This document shows, one piece after another, positions 27,405 to 36,396 of a stretch of 64,000 nucleotides of DNA. Below the pieces are notes generated by a model that was not told the DNA's origin, ran no database searches, and saw only the letters and a program-made list of their open reading frames with translations. Origin of the DNA: a virus (taxonomy: Duplodnaviria > Heunggongvirae > Uroviricota > Caudoviricetes). Position numbers and translations under genes: made by a program. The stretch is taken from positions 56,333-120,332 of IMG/VR virus record IMGVR_UViG_3300028260_000001; one strand, 5' to 3'. Position 1 is the first letter of the stretch. The number at the start of each line of letters is the position of its first letter.

Positions 27405-28145
27405 TCACCTCACATTTAAATGATGCACCTGTCGTCCTGTTATCGCCATGTCGTAATGTGTGAGACTGAGTTGTCTACTAACCCATTCATTTGCTAGCGT
27501 GACATTACCAGTACACGGTCGTGACACATCTAGCAATCGGCCACACTTGTCTGCAAGATACAAAGCCACTGCACAACTACGACTTATACCGGCATGACAA
27601 TGCACGATGATGTCGTGGTCTTTGTAACGATGCTCAAACTCTAGGATCTTCCGAGCATCATGCCAATCGAATTGGCGGAACGTTTTATCGAGATCTTCGA
27701 TTGCAATGCCATTAGGGATATCGTGGCACTCGATCCGTAATACATCCACAGGGTTATTGCCGAAGGTAGGAATATCCTCACCGGGATCACCGATAGAAAT
27801 AATCGCACCAGGTCGATCTTCCAACGTAATCCAATCCTTAGACATCCACGTCACTGTTTTCAATTCCGCCATACTCCTTTTAAAGAATGGGAGTTCTCTC
27901 CAACTCGCCATTCCTTCTAGCGCTTCACTATCGTAATGCTTTCCTTCGGATAAAATCCAAACATGTCCGCCAGGCCACTTCCCATAGTCCCAGCTGACGA
28001 AATTATCCGTACCAACAATATCTCCCTTGGGGAACAATGAGAGAAACTCGCGGGCGAACATTTCGCATCCACCGGAATTGACATCAGTAAAATTGGCATA
28101 GCCGTGATGTGCAATCCATCGGTCTGCTAGGTCTTTAGGTATCAT
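27405..28145 (-). CDS. Protein tyrosine/dual-specificity phosphatase-family protein with an extra N-terminal domain
   Basis: P-loop IVHCHAGISRS (HCxxGxxRS), preceded by ECHDI. Confidence 0.8.
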   Translation of the reverse strand: MIPKDLADRWIAHHGYANFTDVNSGGCEMFAREFLSLFPKGDIVGTDNFVSWDYGKWPGGHVWILSEGKHYDSEALEGMASWRELPFFKRSMAELKTVTWMSKDWITLEDRPGAIISIGDPGEDIPTFGNNPVDVLRIECHDIPNGIAIEDLDKTFRQFDWHDARKILEFEHRYKDHDIIVHCHAGISRSCAVALYLADKCGRLLDVSRPCTGNVTLANEWVSRQLSLTHYDMAITGRQVHHLNVR

Positions 28146-28170
28146 GGGTCCTCCAAAAAGAAAATATAAA

Positions 28171-28190
28171 TGGGAGCCCGAAGGCTCCCA
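28171..28190 (-). terminator. Terminator after phuZ
   Basis: TGGGAGCC-TTCG-GGCTCCCA followed by TTTATATTTT. Confidence 0.7.
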
Positions 28191-28196
28191 CTATGA

Positions 28197-29144
28197 TCAG
28201 TCAGCTACGAAACCGTCTTCGGTCAGGTTATCATCAGCGATGCTGACTACGGCCTTACGCTGACGGAAACCAGATTGCACGGTAGTGATCTTCACACGAG
28301 CATCTTCCAGTTCTTCGAAGATGGATGCGATACCTACCGAATTCAGGATGAAGTGCAACTGGTCCGAAGGCATCTTGGCTTCATTCGAAGTGATACCAAC
28401 AGTACGCACGAATGCGTGACCGAACGGAATGTTCTTGTCGGCATCGGTGTACAGCGAGGCAATCGAGATCGGCTCCAGCACAGCAGCCGCTTCGGCACGA
28501 GTCTGGTGAACATGCATCTGAACCAGTTGTGGGTGAACACCACACACGTTCTGGTATTGAACCCAGTTGATGATATCTTTGGAATCCAGACGACCGTTAG
28601 TTTGGTCGGTCAGGGCTACCAGAGCATCCAGCAGGAAGATAACTTCGTTGTCAGCTTCGCCTTCACCATTGGCATTCGATACCCAAGCCAGCGGTACCGG
28701 TTGACCAGTCTTCTGCGATACCACTTCCAAGTTCTTCACGAGGTTAGTGGTGTTACGGATACGACGAGTAGTGTCGGTACCCGATACGCCGATGAGGATG
28801 GTCGGCAGTTTCTGTGCCAGCAGTTTGGTTGCGAGTTGTACAGCAATCGAAACACCGCTACCGCCGCCTGCACCAACAACGATGATGTTGACTGCACCCG
28901 GTTCGAACTTCTTCAGCATTTCGTCCGCATGAGCACGAGCGAAAGGCATCATGTAGTTCTGATCACCACCAGCACCATCAGTGCCAGGAATCAGGTAGAT
29001 GCGATCTTTGTCGATCTTTTTGTCTTTCAGGTTTGCATCAGAAGAATCGAGGAAAGCAATGTGCTCGCCAGTTGCGCCGTAGAGGTTACCGATGTTGAAG
29101 CCAGTACCGCCACAGAAGTAAATGCGAGTCTTGATATCGAACAT
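28197..29144 (-). CDS. phuZ: Phage tubulin PhuZ
   Basis: 315 aa; CGGTGFNIG, GTDGAGG, tubulin signature GAGGGSG, GRLDSKDI.NW, QLHFILNSVG and acidic C-tail IADDNLTEDGFVAD match recalled 201phi2-1 PhuZ. Confidence 0.95.
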   Translation of the reverse strand: MFDIKTRIYFCGGTGFNIGNLYGATGEHIAFLDSSDANLKDKKIDKDRIYLIPGTDGAGGDQNYMMPFARAHADEMLKKFEPGAVNIIVVGAGGGSGVSIAVQLATKLLAQKLPTILIGVSGTDTTRRIRNTTNLVKNLEVVSQKTGQPVPLAWVSNANGEGEADNEVIFLLDALVALTDQTNGRLDSKDIINWVQYQNVCGVHPQLVQMHVHQTRAEAAAVLEPISIASLYTDADKNIPFGHAFVRTVGITSNEAKMPSDQLHFILNSVGIASIFEELEDARVKITTVQSGFRQRKAVVSIADDNLTEDGFVAD

Positions 29145-29206
29145 GCTTGCTACCTTTCAGAAAATGATTTGCGTCAGTGTTACATACTACCTAGGCAGGC
29201 AGTAAT

Positions 29207-29977
29207 TTAATTCGAGAAGTGGTAGTTCTGGATAACTACTTGTACAGCGTAGCCACCCAGTTCTTTCCACAGGTTACCCGTGTATTCCCGTTTCCAACCT
29301 TCTTGTGATTCGGACTGAGTCATGGACGTGACCCGTGATAATCCGAAACCATCAACTTGAGAACGCCATGCCGAGAACATGGCATCCCCATACCAGACTT
29401 TTCCTTCAATGAATGACAGATCAACGGTGCGTACTGGACGACCGTCCATCTCAGCCACACCCACATAAGTCAGCTGGCCTTCTTCGTAGCCTGGAGTATA
29501 GTACACCCCATCTAGTTTATCAGTGTGATGTTTGTTCCATACCACAGCACAACCATCCGGCATGTAATCCGTTGGCGAATACACGACAAACAACGAACTA
29601 CCAATCCAACCATCACCGCTAGATTTGTAATACTCGCAGCGCAGCATATCGCCTTGTGAATGTGCATGCCACACAGCAGATACCATTTGGTAACCCGCGT
29701 TGCGAATTACATCGTGGATAGCAAGGCACGAATCTTTACGTTCTAGGTAGCGGTCACCCTTGAGATCATCCCGCTCACGGAATCCATCAAAGATCAACGC
29801 TGGTGCTACAGTGTCCACGCGCTCACGAGACTTCATCTCGATCGAATACTCAAGAGCAAAGATAGAAACCTTTTCGCTAGCATCACACAACCCAAACATC
29901 TGGCTCTTGTTACGGGAAGTGATAGCTGCGGTGTTTGGAACACCTTGCAGTAGATTACGCAGATCACTCAGCTGCAT
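29207..29977 (-). CDS. Hypothetical protein
   Basis: 256 aa with AAGGAG RBS. Confidence 0.6.
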   Translation of the reverse strand: MQLSDLRNLLQGVPNTAAITSRNKSQMFGLCDASEKVSIFALEYSIEMKSRERVDTVAPALIFDGFRERDDLKGDRYLERKDSCLAIHDVIRNAGYQMVSAVWHAHSQGDMLRCEYYKSSGDGWIGSSLFVVYSPTDYMPDGCAVVWNKHHTDKLDGVYYTPGYEEGQLTYVGVAEMDGRPVRTVDLSFIEGKVWYGDAMFSAWRSQVDGFGLSRVTSMTQSESQEGWKREYTGNLWKELGGYAVQVVIQNYHFSN

Positions 29978-30113
29978 CGTTAGACTCCTTACGCACGATG
30001 CTCAGACGTTGGCGGTCATCGGTGAGGATGGTCAACACGATGGCATCACCACGGTCGATAGCGTCTTGCAGGAGGGCATTGAAGCCGAGAAGGTCTGGAT
30101 TGATGTAAGACAT
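29964..30113 (-). CDS. Small hypothetical protein (49 aa)
   Basis: Start MSYINPD at 30113 with AAAGG RBS. Confidence 0.5.
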   Translation of the reverse strand: MSYINPDLLGFNALLQDAIDRGDAIVLTILTDDRQRLSIVRKESNDAAE

Positions 30114-30289
30114 TTGAAACCCTTTTTCCGTAAATTGTTGATTACTAAATAATAATGAAATAGTATATGGGACCCCCCCAAAGGGTCCCCCCCACATACT
30201 ATTACTATTTATATACATTTTTCTTTTAAGAAAAAGCTTTTAAATAGTTTATCTACTTCTGTCGAAGTACCACTTGCTTCTAGTTAAAA

Positions 30290-30523
30290 CTAGTAAGCGC
30301 CGCGCCGCCGCATTTCATACAGCTCACGGTCACGCCAACCTCTTGCATAGAGGCGGGCTTCTTTTTGCCGTCTCACGTGGTCACGTGCCTTACACAGCCA
30401 CAACCATGGATTTTTAAGAACCATTTGTTGTGCAACCCACTCATCGATTTTCTTATCGTGAGCTAGGATCGCCAGACGCGATAGCAGATACTGTCGCAAC
30501 TGCTTCTTGATCTTCTTTGCCAC
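30290..30523 (-). CDS. Small basic hypothetical protein
   Basis: Likely GTG start at 30523; Arg/Lys-rich. Confidence 0.4.
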   Translation of the reverse strand: MAKKIKKQLRQYLLSRLAILAHDKKIDEWVAQQMVLKNPWLWLCKARDHVRRQKEARLYARGWRDRELYEMRRRGAY

Positions 30524-30986
30524 GTCGGTTAATTCCCACCATGAGAGTATCTTCGAGTTTACAGTTACCGAGTGCATCCAAGTATGCTGTAAACCGGTTT
30601 GCATCTGCGAGTTCAGCAGTGGTCATTGGACGACTAATTATCGGACGACCATGCCAATCACAATTCAGTTCAAACCAATTCGGATTGTCCCGTTGTGGTT
30701 CTCGATGCTTACCACACTGGATCGTGTAGTCACTATTTTTCTTTGGATGCTCGATAACAATGTGCAGCTCGTTATCACACGCCCAACTGTTACGTACGTC
30801 TTGCCACTGGAAACCACCTTTAGCACGGAAGTCCTCAGCAGCACGACGAGTGGCTTCAGGGGTATAGACTCGACCATTGATCGACTCTGCTTCCCACTGC
30901 CAAGCGATGTTTTCGATGAACCGTTTCCGCTGCATGAGTCCACGGTACAGCTTACGAAGATGTCGGAGCTTTCCTTTAGATATCAT
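30453..30986 (-). CDS. Hypothetical protein
   Basis: 177 aa, 4-nt overlap with the upstream ORF. Confidence 0.55.
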   Translation of the reverse strand: MISKGKLRHLRKLYRGLMQRKRFIENIAWQWEAESINGRVYTPEATRRAAEDFRAKGGFQWQDVRNSWACDNELHIVIEHPKKNSDYTIQCGKHREPQRDNPNWFELNCDWHGRPIISRPMTTAELADANRFTAYLDALGNCKLEDTLMVGINRRGKEDQEAVATVSAIASGDPSSR

Positions 30987-31186
30987 CCGTAAGCCTTTAT
31001 TTGAGCGTCGGTCATTTTGGTGTGACTCATGCGAATGCGATCACCCACTTTCAAAGGTTCATTCATGATGCCTTCCCAGATACTTTTGTTCTTAGGAGTG
31101 ATCTTGAAGAACCGATCTGCATACACTGCCATTTCAGCTACGAGTGAACGCAGATAACGAAACTTACCACGACTGATACGTGCCAT
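30983..31186 (-). CDS. Small basic hypothetical protein
   Basis: 67 aa. Confidence 0.55.
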   Translation of the reverse strand: MARISRGKFRYLRSLVAEMAVYADRFFKITPKNKSIWEGIMNEPLKVGDRIRMSHTKMTDAQIKAYG

Positions 31187-31187
31187 T

Positions 31188-31949
31188 TTAATCCCTGCTG
31201 TTGAAATCTTTCAGAACGGAAACGATGTGATCGTTAGGCCGAAGGGTATGTTGATCCAGAACGTCACAGTAGTTGAAGTTAATGTGAACGGCACCTTTAC
31301 TGCCACCGATCACCACGAAGTAGTTAACACCAGCCACCAGACGTTTGACGAAAGAGGTCAGCTGTGGCTTTTGACCATAGAGCTTTTCCCATACCGACAT
31401 GTAGTTGCTGACGACGATACGTACTTTCGGCAGAACGCTTTGTGGAAGATATTGTTTCAGATCTTCCATCAGGAATTCGATGGTCTTTTCAGAACCAGTG
31501 TCTTCATTGTCTTGACGCCACTTAGGTGCACGATAGACCATGATACCTTGAGGACCTTTGATCAATGCATGTGCTTCAACTACACGCTGATCACAGCCCA
31601 ACATGCGATATGCATCCATCAGCATGTGATTAGCCCCGCTCAATGCAGGATGATGTTTGTGTGCTTGTGTCACCAACCACTTCGCCAGTTCAGCATGCAC
31701 ATCGGCTGAAGACATTGGTTCATCTTTACGGTGCATGAAGTTTACGATGTTCTTACCGCGTGCACTAACATGCAGCATACGGCCACCAAAGATCTTCCGT
31801 GTGTCAAGACGGTAAGTCCATGGAACCATTACTTGATCATTAACGATAGTGGGATCATCGTAATACTGTTGCCCTGCCAGATCGATCATCTCTTCGGTTG
31901 CACCCCGCGAGATTAAATCTTGAAAATTAATTCTCTCTACTGCATCCAT
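31188..31949 (-). CDS. Hypothetical early protein
   Basis: 253 aa; AAAGGA RBS; early promoter upstream. Confidence 0.65.
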   Translation of the reverse strand: MDAVERINFQDLISRGATEEMIDLAGQQYYDDPTIVNDQVMVPWTYRLDTRKIFGGRMLHVSARGKNIVNFMHRKDEPMSSADVHAELAKWLVTQAHKHHPALSGANHMLMDAYRMLGCDQRVVEAHALIKGPQGIMVYRAPKWRQDNEDTGSEKTIEFLMEDLKQYLPQSVLPKVRIVVSNYMSVWEKLYGQKPQLTSFVKRLVAGVNYFVVIGGSKGAVHINFNYCDVLDQHTLRPNDHIVSVLKDFNSRD

Positions 31950-31986
31950 CTAGTGCTGTCCTTTTTTACGGGTGGATTATCGAAAT

Positions 31987-32007
31987 AGTAATATAGATTT
32001 GAAATTT
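31987..32007 (-). promoter_or_regulatory. Early promoter motif
   Basis: Minus strand AAATTTCAAATCTATATTACT. Confidence 0.8.
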
Positions 32008-32015
32008 AATGGAAA

Positions 32016-32043
32016 CGGCATAAAGCCTCCCCGAAGGGAGGCG
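32016..32043 (-). terminator. Terminator with TTTATGCCG tail
   Basis: GCCTCCC-TTCG-GGGAGGC-TTTATGCCG. Confidence 0.75.
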
Positions 32044-32045
32044 TT

Positions 32046-32465
32046 TTATTCCGCTGGACCAGACGGTGGGTAAACAGCGTACTTGCCTTGAGGTGGGTAA
32101 TGTGGAACCCATACTGGATCAAAACTAGTGCCCGTTGCCTCAGGTGCTTTCGGTCCAGTGTAGTTATCCCACACAGAACTGTCTAGGAGGGCCTTTGCAG
32201 ACGTTTTGATGTACTCCAGGAGTGAAGCTACGTCTGTGAGCTTAGTATCGCCCCAGCCGCGTTTCTGAACGGTTAGGAATAAACTAGAGCAAGTGATCTG
32301 GCCCGAGTATTCCGCTTCTGTTTCAGCTACGTTAACACGCAGTCCTGGCGGTAGAGCGAATCCAGTGCTGGTCAGGAACATCCGACGAATAACTTCATCG
32401 GCGTAATTCTGTGGCAAACCCAAAGCAGTAGCTACAGCAGCTTTGGTAGTTTCAATTTTAATCAT
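32046..32465 (-). CDS. Hypothetical protein
   Basis: 139 aa with GAGGT RBS. Confidence 0.6.
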   Translation of the reverse strand: MIKIETTKAAVATALGLPQNYADEVIRRMFLTSTGFALPPGLRVNVAETEAEYSGQITCSSLFLTVQKRGWGDTKLTDVASLLEYIKTSAKALLDSSVWDNYTGPKAPEATGTSFDPVWVPHYPPQGKYAVYPPSGPAE

Positions 32466-32467
32466 GA

Positions 32468-33235
32468 TTACCTCGTGAAAATTTCGTGGTATTGATCAAG
32501 TTCACGATCCAGCAATGCAACTTCCTGGAGAGTTAGCTTAACCTTAGTGTGGGTGTCACTGTTCCGGTAAGCATAACCTTCCAAAACAATAGCTCGATAG
32601 TCCTTAACGATATTACGTTCAACATGATCGAACACAACACCGAGTTTAATCAACCGACGAACCAATCGTGCTACAGCTCGACCAGCTTCCCCTGGGATGT
32701 TACCAATGTAATCCCAAATATCGGTGCGGGGTTCCCCTGGGAAAATGCCTGCTCCTGGATAACCGATGAAGTCTAATTGGAATGGAACCACCCCAACGTC
32801 TCCAACAATAGGTCTCCAAACTCGATAACCGTTGTCAGTTTCTTCCAACCGGTAATGAGCATTCGGATATTCTTCTTCCAAGGCCTCTAGATGATCGTCT
32901 AAGGCACGTCGAACACCTGCGTTGTACCGTAGGGACGATTCATTGTAATCACGCTCAAATGCGTGCTCAGCGCTTTCCTTGGTATATTCCTTACGGACAG
33001 ACCATTCGTACCGTTCACCATTCGCTTTGTCGAAAATGGTGAAGTAATAAGTCATTGCATCGGAAAGCTGGAATTGCACATCGAAGCGACCAATGTCACA
33101 ACGGGGCCACTGTGACCGTAACCGACGCAGTGCATCGATTCGGTTCAGCATATTTTGATAGATGTCACATGGATTGCCAAATACACTCAAATCGATTGTC
33201 GTATTAGGTGCTGGCTTCTCACAACGCTTGTACAT
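32468..33235 (-). CDS. Hypothetical protein
   Basis: 255 aa with GGAG RBS. Confidence 0.6.
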   Translation of the reverse strand: MYKRCEKPAPNTTIDLSVFGNPCDIYQNMLNRIDALRRLRSQWPRCDIGRFDVQFQLSDAMTYYFTIFDKANGERYEWSVRKEYTKESAEHAFERDYNESSLRYNAGVRRALDDHLEALEEEYPNAHYRLEETDNGYRVWRPIVGDVGVVPFQLDFIGYPGAGIFPGEPRTDIWDYIGNIPGEAGRAVARLVRRLIKLGVVFDHVERNIVKDYRAIVLEGYAYRNSDTHTKVKLTLQEVALLDRELDQYHEIFTR

Positions 33236-33311
33236 TGCGTCACTCCGTTTCGTTAACTACAGAGGATAAAAGAAAAACGGCATAGACGGGGACCCGAAGG
33301 CCCCCGACTTA

Positions 33312-34244
33312 TTACGCCTTGAAGTCCAAGGTGTAGTGAATGCGTTTCGAGGCGTTAGCCATGCTAACGTGCAACGCTGGTTGACGACGATAATCGCCAT
33401 GGGAGAGGTGCACACTGTAGATGTTCACACTACCGCCCAGTTTCTCCAGGTGACGAATGACTTCTTTCAGAGCAGCCAGGACCAGAGGACGACGAGCTTC
33501 TTCAATGTGTTGAACTACCGACTCAGGTTCGATACGGTCAACAACGATGGTTTCGCCATTATCGTAAGGACGCGAGTTGATACCCGTCAATTGATTCCAC
33601 TTCCCATCTTCCAGTACGGTAAGACCAGTGGAAGAATAACCACGGCTGTTACCATTGGGATCGGTCAGGACTTTGCAGAAACCAGAACCCAGGATATACT
33701 TGACTGGGAGTTCCAGTTGGATCTCCTGCTCCAGTTCATCGATAGCACGACCTTCCAGACGAACAGTTACCATGCCGTTGGTCATGACGATGTTGATCGA
33801 TGGATCTTCTACAGCTTCGATACCGATATCGAAAGACGTAGGGTGGAAACAGTTTGCAGTCAGGACTTCAATGATACCAGCAAACGAGCTAGCCAGCTTA
33901 CGACCTGGTTCAGTTTGAGATACAGCCAGAGCTGTTACCAGAACACCACGGACACGATCGATGGTCAGCGGAGTGGATTCTTCTTTACCGTAACGATCGA
34001 AACCAAAGTCACGGCCAGAGTTACCGCCACCTGGTTGAATTGCTACTTTACCACGCACAATGCCATGCGAGGTAGTGATACGGTTAACCATGCTACCACG
34101 GCCATAAGTATCATCAGTTTCATTCCAGCCGGTCAGGGTCAGACCCGTGTCGCCGTCCAGAACCAGAGATTCGTCAATCAGTTTTTTCAGAGCATCAGTG
34201 TTATTGCACATCAGAAAACGTTCCTCGTTAAGGGTGTAATGCAT
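33312..34244 (-). CDS. Hypothetical protein
   Basis: 310 aa; followed by a hairpin and TCTATGCCG. Confidence 0.6.
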   Translation of the reverse strand: MHYTLNEERFLMCNNTDALKKLIDESLVLDGDTGLTLTGWNETDDTYGRGSMVNRITTSHGIVRGKVAIQPGGGNSGRDFGFDRYGKEESTPLTIDRVRGVLVTALAVSQTEPGRKLASSFAGIIEVLTANCFHPTSFDIGIEAVEDPSINIVMTNGMVTVRLEGRAIDELEQEIQLELPVKYILGSGFCKVLTDPNGNSRGYSSTGLTVLEDGKWNQLTGINSRPYDNGETIVVDRIEPESVVQHIEEARRPLVLAALKEVIRHLEKLGGSVNIYSVHLSHGDYRRQPALHVSMANASKRIHYTLDFKA

Positions 34245-34269
34245 TACATACTAGATGGATGGGAGTACT

Positions 34270-34680
34270 TTATCCCTGTTGATCTTCCGTAGTCAGCTTT
34301 GTTTCTCGCAGCGCGGGTACGCCTCGTTGCAGCAGTGCCAGCATTTTACCAGATACATTCACCCGGTCTTCATCTGCTTCTTTCATTACAAGTGAAGGGC
34401 GTGTGTACTCGTTAAGCAGATTGAGATCCATTGGACGAAGCAATTGTGCTTCTTTAGCTAATCGCTCCATAGCTAGTCCCAGCCCAAGACCACCCATGCG
34501 ACCACCACCCAACACAATCACACGACCTTGATCCTCAAGCCGCTTGGTAAAATTTTCAATCAGCTCAGGTGGCTGATCACCAACCAGGATGACGTCACGT
34601 TGTTTCATAGCCGGTGTATCCAATTGTTTCAATGCAGACTCGCACGCTTCGATCCATTCTTCAGCTGAAGGGTTATTCAT
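34270..34680 (-). CDS. Hypothetical early protein
   Basis: Start MNNPS at 34680 with GGAG RBS. Confidence 0.6.
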   Translation of the reverse strand: MNNPSAEEWIEACESALKQLDTPAMKQRDVILVGDQPPELIENFTKRLEDQGRVIVLGGGRMGGLGLGLAMERLAKEAQLLRPMDLNLLNEYTRPSLVMKEADEDRVNVSGKMLALLQRGVPALRETKLTTEDQQG

Positions 34681-34704
34681 TTTGTTCTCCCGATTAGACA
34701 CAGT

Positions 34705-34724
34705 TGTGATATAGATCTGAGATT
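34705..34724 (-). promoter_or_regulatory. Early promoter motif
   Basis: Minus strand AATCTCAGATCTATATCACA. Confidence 0.75.
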
Positions 34725-34759
34725 AGATGCAGTCCAATGGTTTGTATAAGGAGACTACC

Positions 34760-36007
34760 ATGCACGAAACTACCACTATCGTCGATCTGCTAGAAAAGCA
34801 TTTTGCTGACGTTAAACTCGATCGCGCTTTTTGTATGCGGGTCATTAACTTCGTTACCCGATTCATGAACAAGAACGCAGACCACTCGGCTTTTTTCGGT
34901 GGGGCTCTGTTAGGGGTTAACCCAATCCGTTGGCATCCTACTGACCGCGAACAGTGGTACGATGAAGTCCTCGGTGTAAACGATGACTTACTCCAGTATG
35001 ATTTCCTAAAGCTAGATGTGATTGATCCATCACACAACGTTAACTCGGATTCATTCAACCACATCCCTGCTTTCCTTTGCCGTAAGCTGATGATGAATAC
35101 ACAGCTCCCAGGTAACTTGCGGGACGAAACAATGATTGCATTGTTTACATTACTGCACATCAAATACCTGACTTCTTTGCTGAGTCGTCGTTTCCAATAC
35201 CCAGCTAAGCGTGAAGTAGCGGAAGCAACGTTCATGTCGTTGAACTACAAGTGGGACATTCGTCGACTGGGTTCATGGCACGCATTGATTCGAGATCGGT
35301 GTTTGTCTATCATCGGACCTGACACGAACTACACCGACCACATCTTCGGTTCCAACAACTCCCTAACGGATTATTGGTCTACCCGTATTGTAACTGACAC
35401 CCAGTCACGTATTCGAGAAGTGATCAACAAGATCTACGCTGTGTATATCCAAGTACTCAAAGAAGGTGGGCGAGTCATCACTACTTCCGAGATGGGATTA
35501 TCCACAGATGGCGATGCATTCCTCAAAGACAAGACTTCTGGGTTTGCTACTTACCTGCGATACGGCAAAGAAGTTGTAACCAACGAAGCTAACTTCATTC
35601 GTCCTGAACTGTTAGGTATTGTTGAAAGAGCTATGGTTGACTCCATGCCATCACAACCTTTCGAAGATACCCTGAAATACATTTGCCGAAACGTAGCCCA
35701 AGCTCGTATGGGTCACATCGATAAGATGTTTGAAGAATGTTTGCTGTACGTGTTTGATCAGATGCAATCTGAGCGTACACAGATCCAACGTGCGAATGAC
35801 TTAGAGGGATTGATCCTGAAGGTTCGTTCTAAGTTAATGGCTTCTCGTTCCAGTGACCCACGTGTGTTGTATCTGCGTGAAGTCGGTGAGAAGATTGTGG
35901 CCGATGCTACAGGTGTTCGTAACAAAGCTGTACTAGCTGCAACCCGTACGGGTATCATGTTGTACATCACTTTGCGTGTACTGACCAAGAACCACTACGC
36001 TCGATAA
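34760..36007 (+). CDS. Conserved virion-associated protein (phiKZ gp32 position)
   Basis: 415 aa from ATG 34760 with AAGGAG RBS; product inferred from synteny near the tail genes. Confidence 0.55.
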   Translation: MHETTTIVDLLEKHFADVKLDRAFCMRVINFVTRFMNKNADHSAFFGGALLGVNPIRWHPTDREQWYDEVLGVNDDLLQYDFLKLDVIDPSHNVNSDSFNHIPAFLCRKLMMNTQLPGNLRDETMIALFTLLHIKYLTSLLSRRFQYPAKREVAEATFMSLNYKWDIRRLGSWHALIRDRCLSIIGPDTNYTDHIFGSNNSLTDYWSTRIVTDTQSRIREVINKIYAVYIQVLKEGGRVITTSEMGLSTDGDAFLKDKTSGFATYLRYGKEVVTNEANFIRPELLGIVERAMVDSMPSQPFEDTLKYICRNVAQARMGHIDKMFEECLLYVFDQMQSERTQIQRANDLEGLILKVRSKLMASRSSDPRVLYLREVGEKIVADATGVRNKAVLAATRTGIMLYITLRVLTKNHYAR

Positions 36008-36024
36008 AAAAAAAATACAGCATA

Positions 36025-36045
36025 AGGCTCTCCCGAAGGAGAGCC
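36025..36045. terminator. Terminator between convergent genes
   Basis: GGCTCTCC-CGAA-GGAGAGCC hairpin. Confidence 0.7.
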
Positions 36046-36054
36046 GTTATGTCG

Positions 36055-36393
36055 TTACAGGTCGCGCATTACCGGAGCACCGAGGTCAGCAGCAACATCG
36101 GTCATCAGGCTCATCACGTAAGGTTTGTACTCGTTGAGTTGCTCAAGGGTGAGGTTGAGCTTCATCAAGGTAGGGTCATCAAACACCACGCTCCAACCAG
36201 CGCCATCAAGGATCTTGTCATGCTCGGCTTTGGTTACAGCATCCCAGCACCCGCTAGCGTCACACTGCACCAGAGTAGCAGTCATGAAGAGTTCTTTCAA
36301 GACATCAGGGTTGATGTCAGGATGTTTTACTTCAGCTTGTGCAACAGTGGCGAAAGCCAATACAGCTGTCAGTGCAATGCTAGCGAGTTTCAT
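36055..36393 (-). CDS. Secreted/periplasmic small protein
   Basis: Signal-peptide-like MKLASIALTAVLAFATVAQA; CxxxxC motif. Confidence 0.65.
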   Translation of the reverse strand: MKLASIALTAVLAFATVAQAEVKHPDINPDVLKELFMTATLVQCDASGCWDAVTKAEHDKILDGAGWSVVFDDPTLMKLNLTLEQLNEYKPYVMSLMTDVAADLGAPVMRDL

Positions 36394-36396
36394 TGG

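Noticed and set aside
30850-30900. SINGRVYTPE in the 177-aa ORF resembles the NGRVYP motif of T4-type prohead proteases
   Set aside because: The short match is not followed by the catalytic His/Ser motifs, and the gene lies in an early accessory region.
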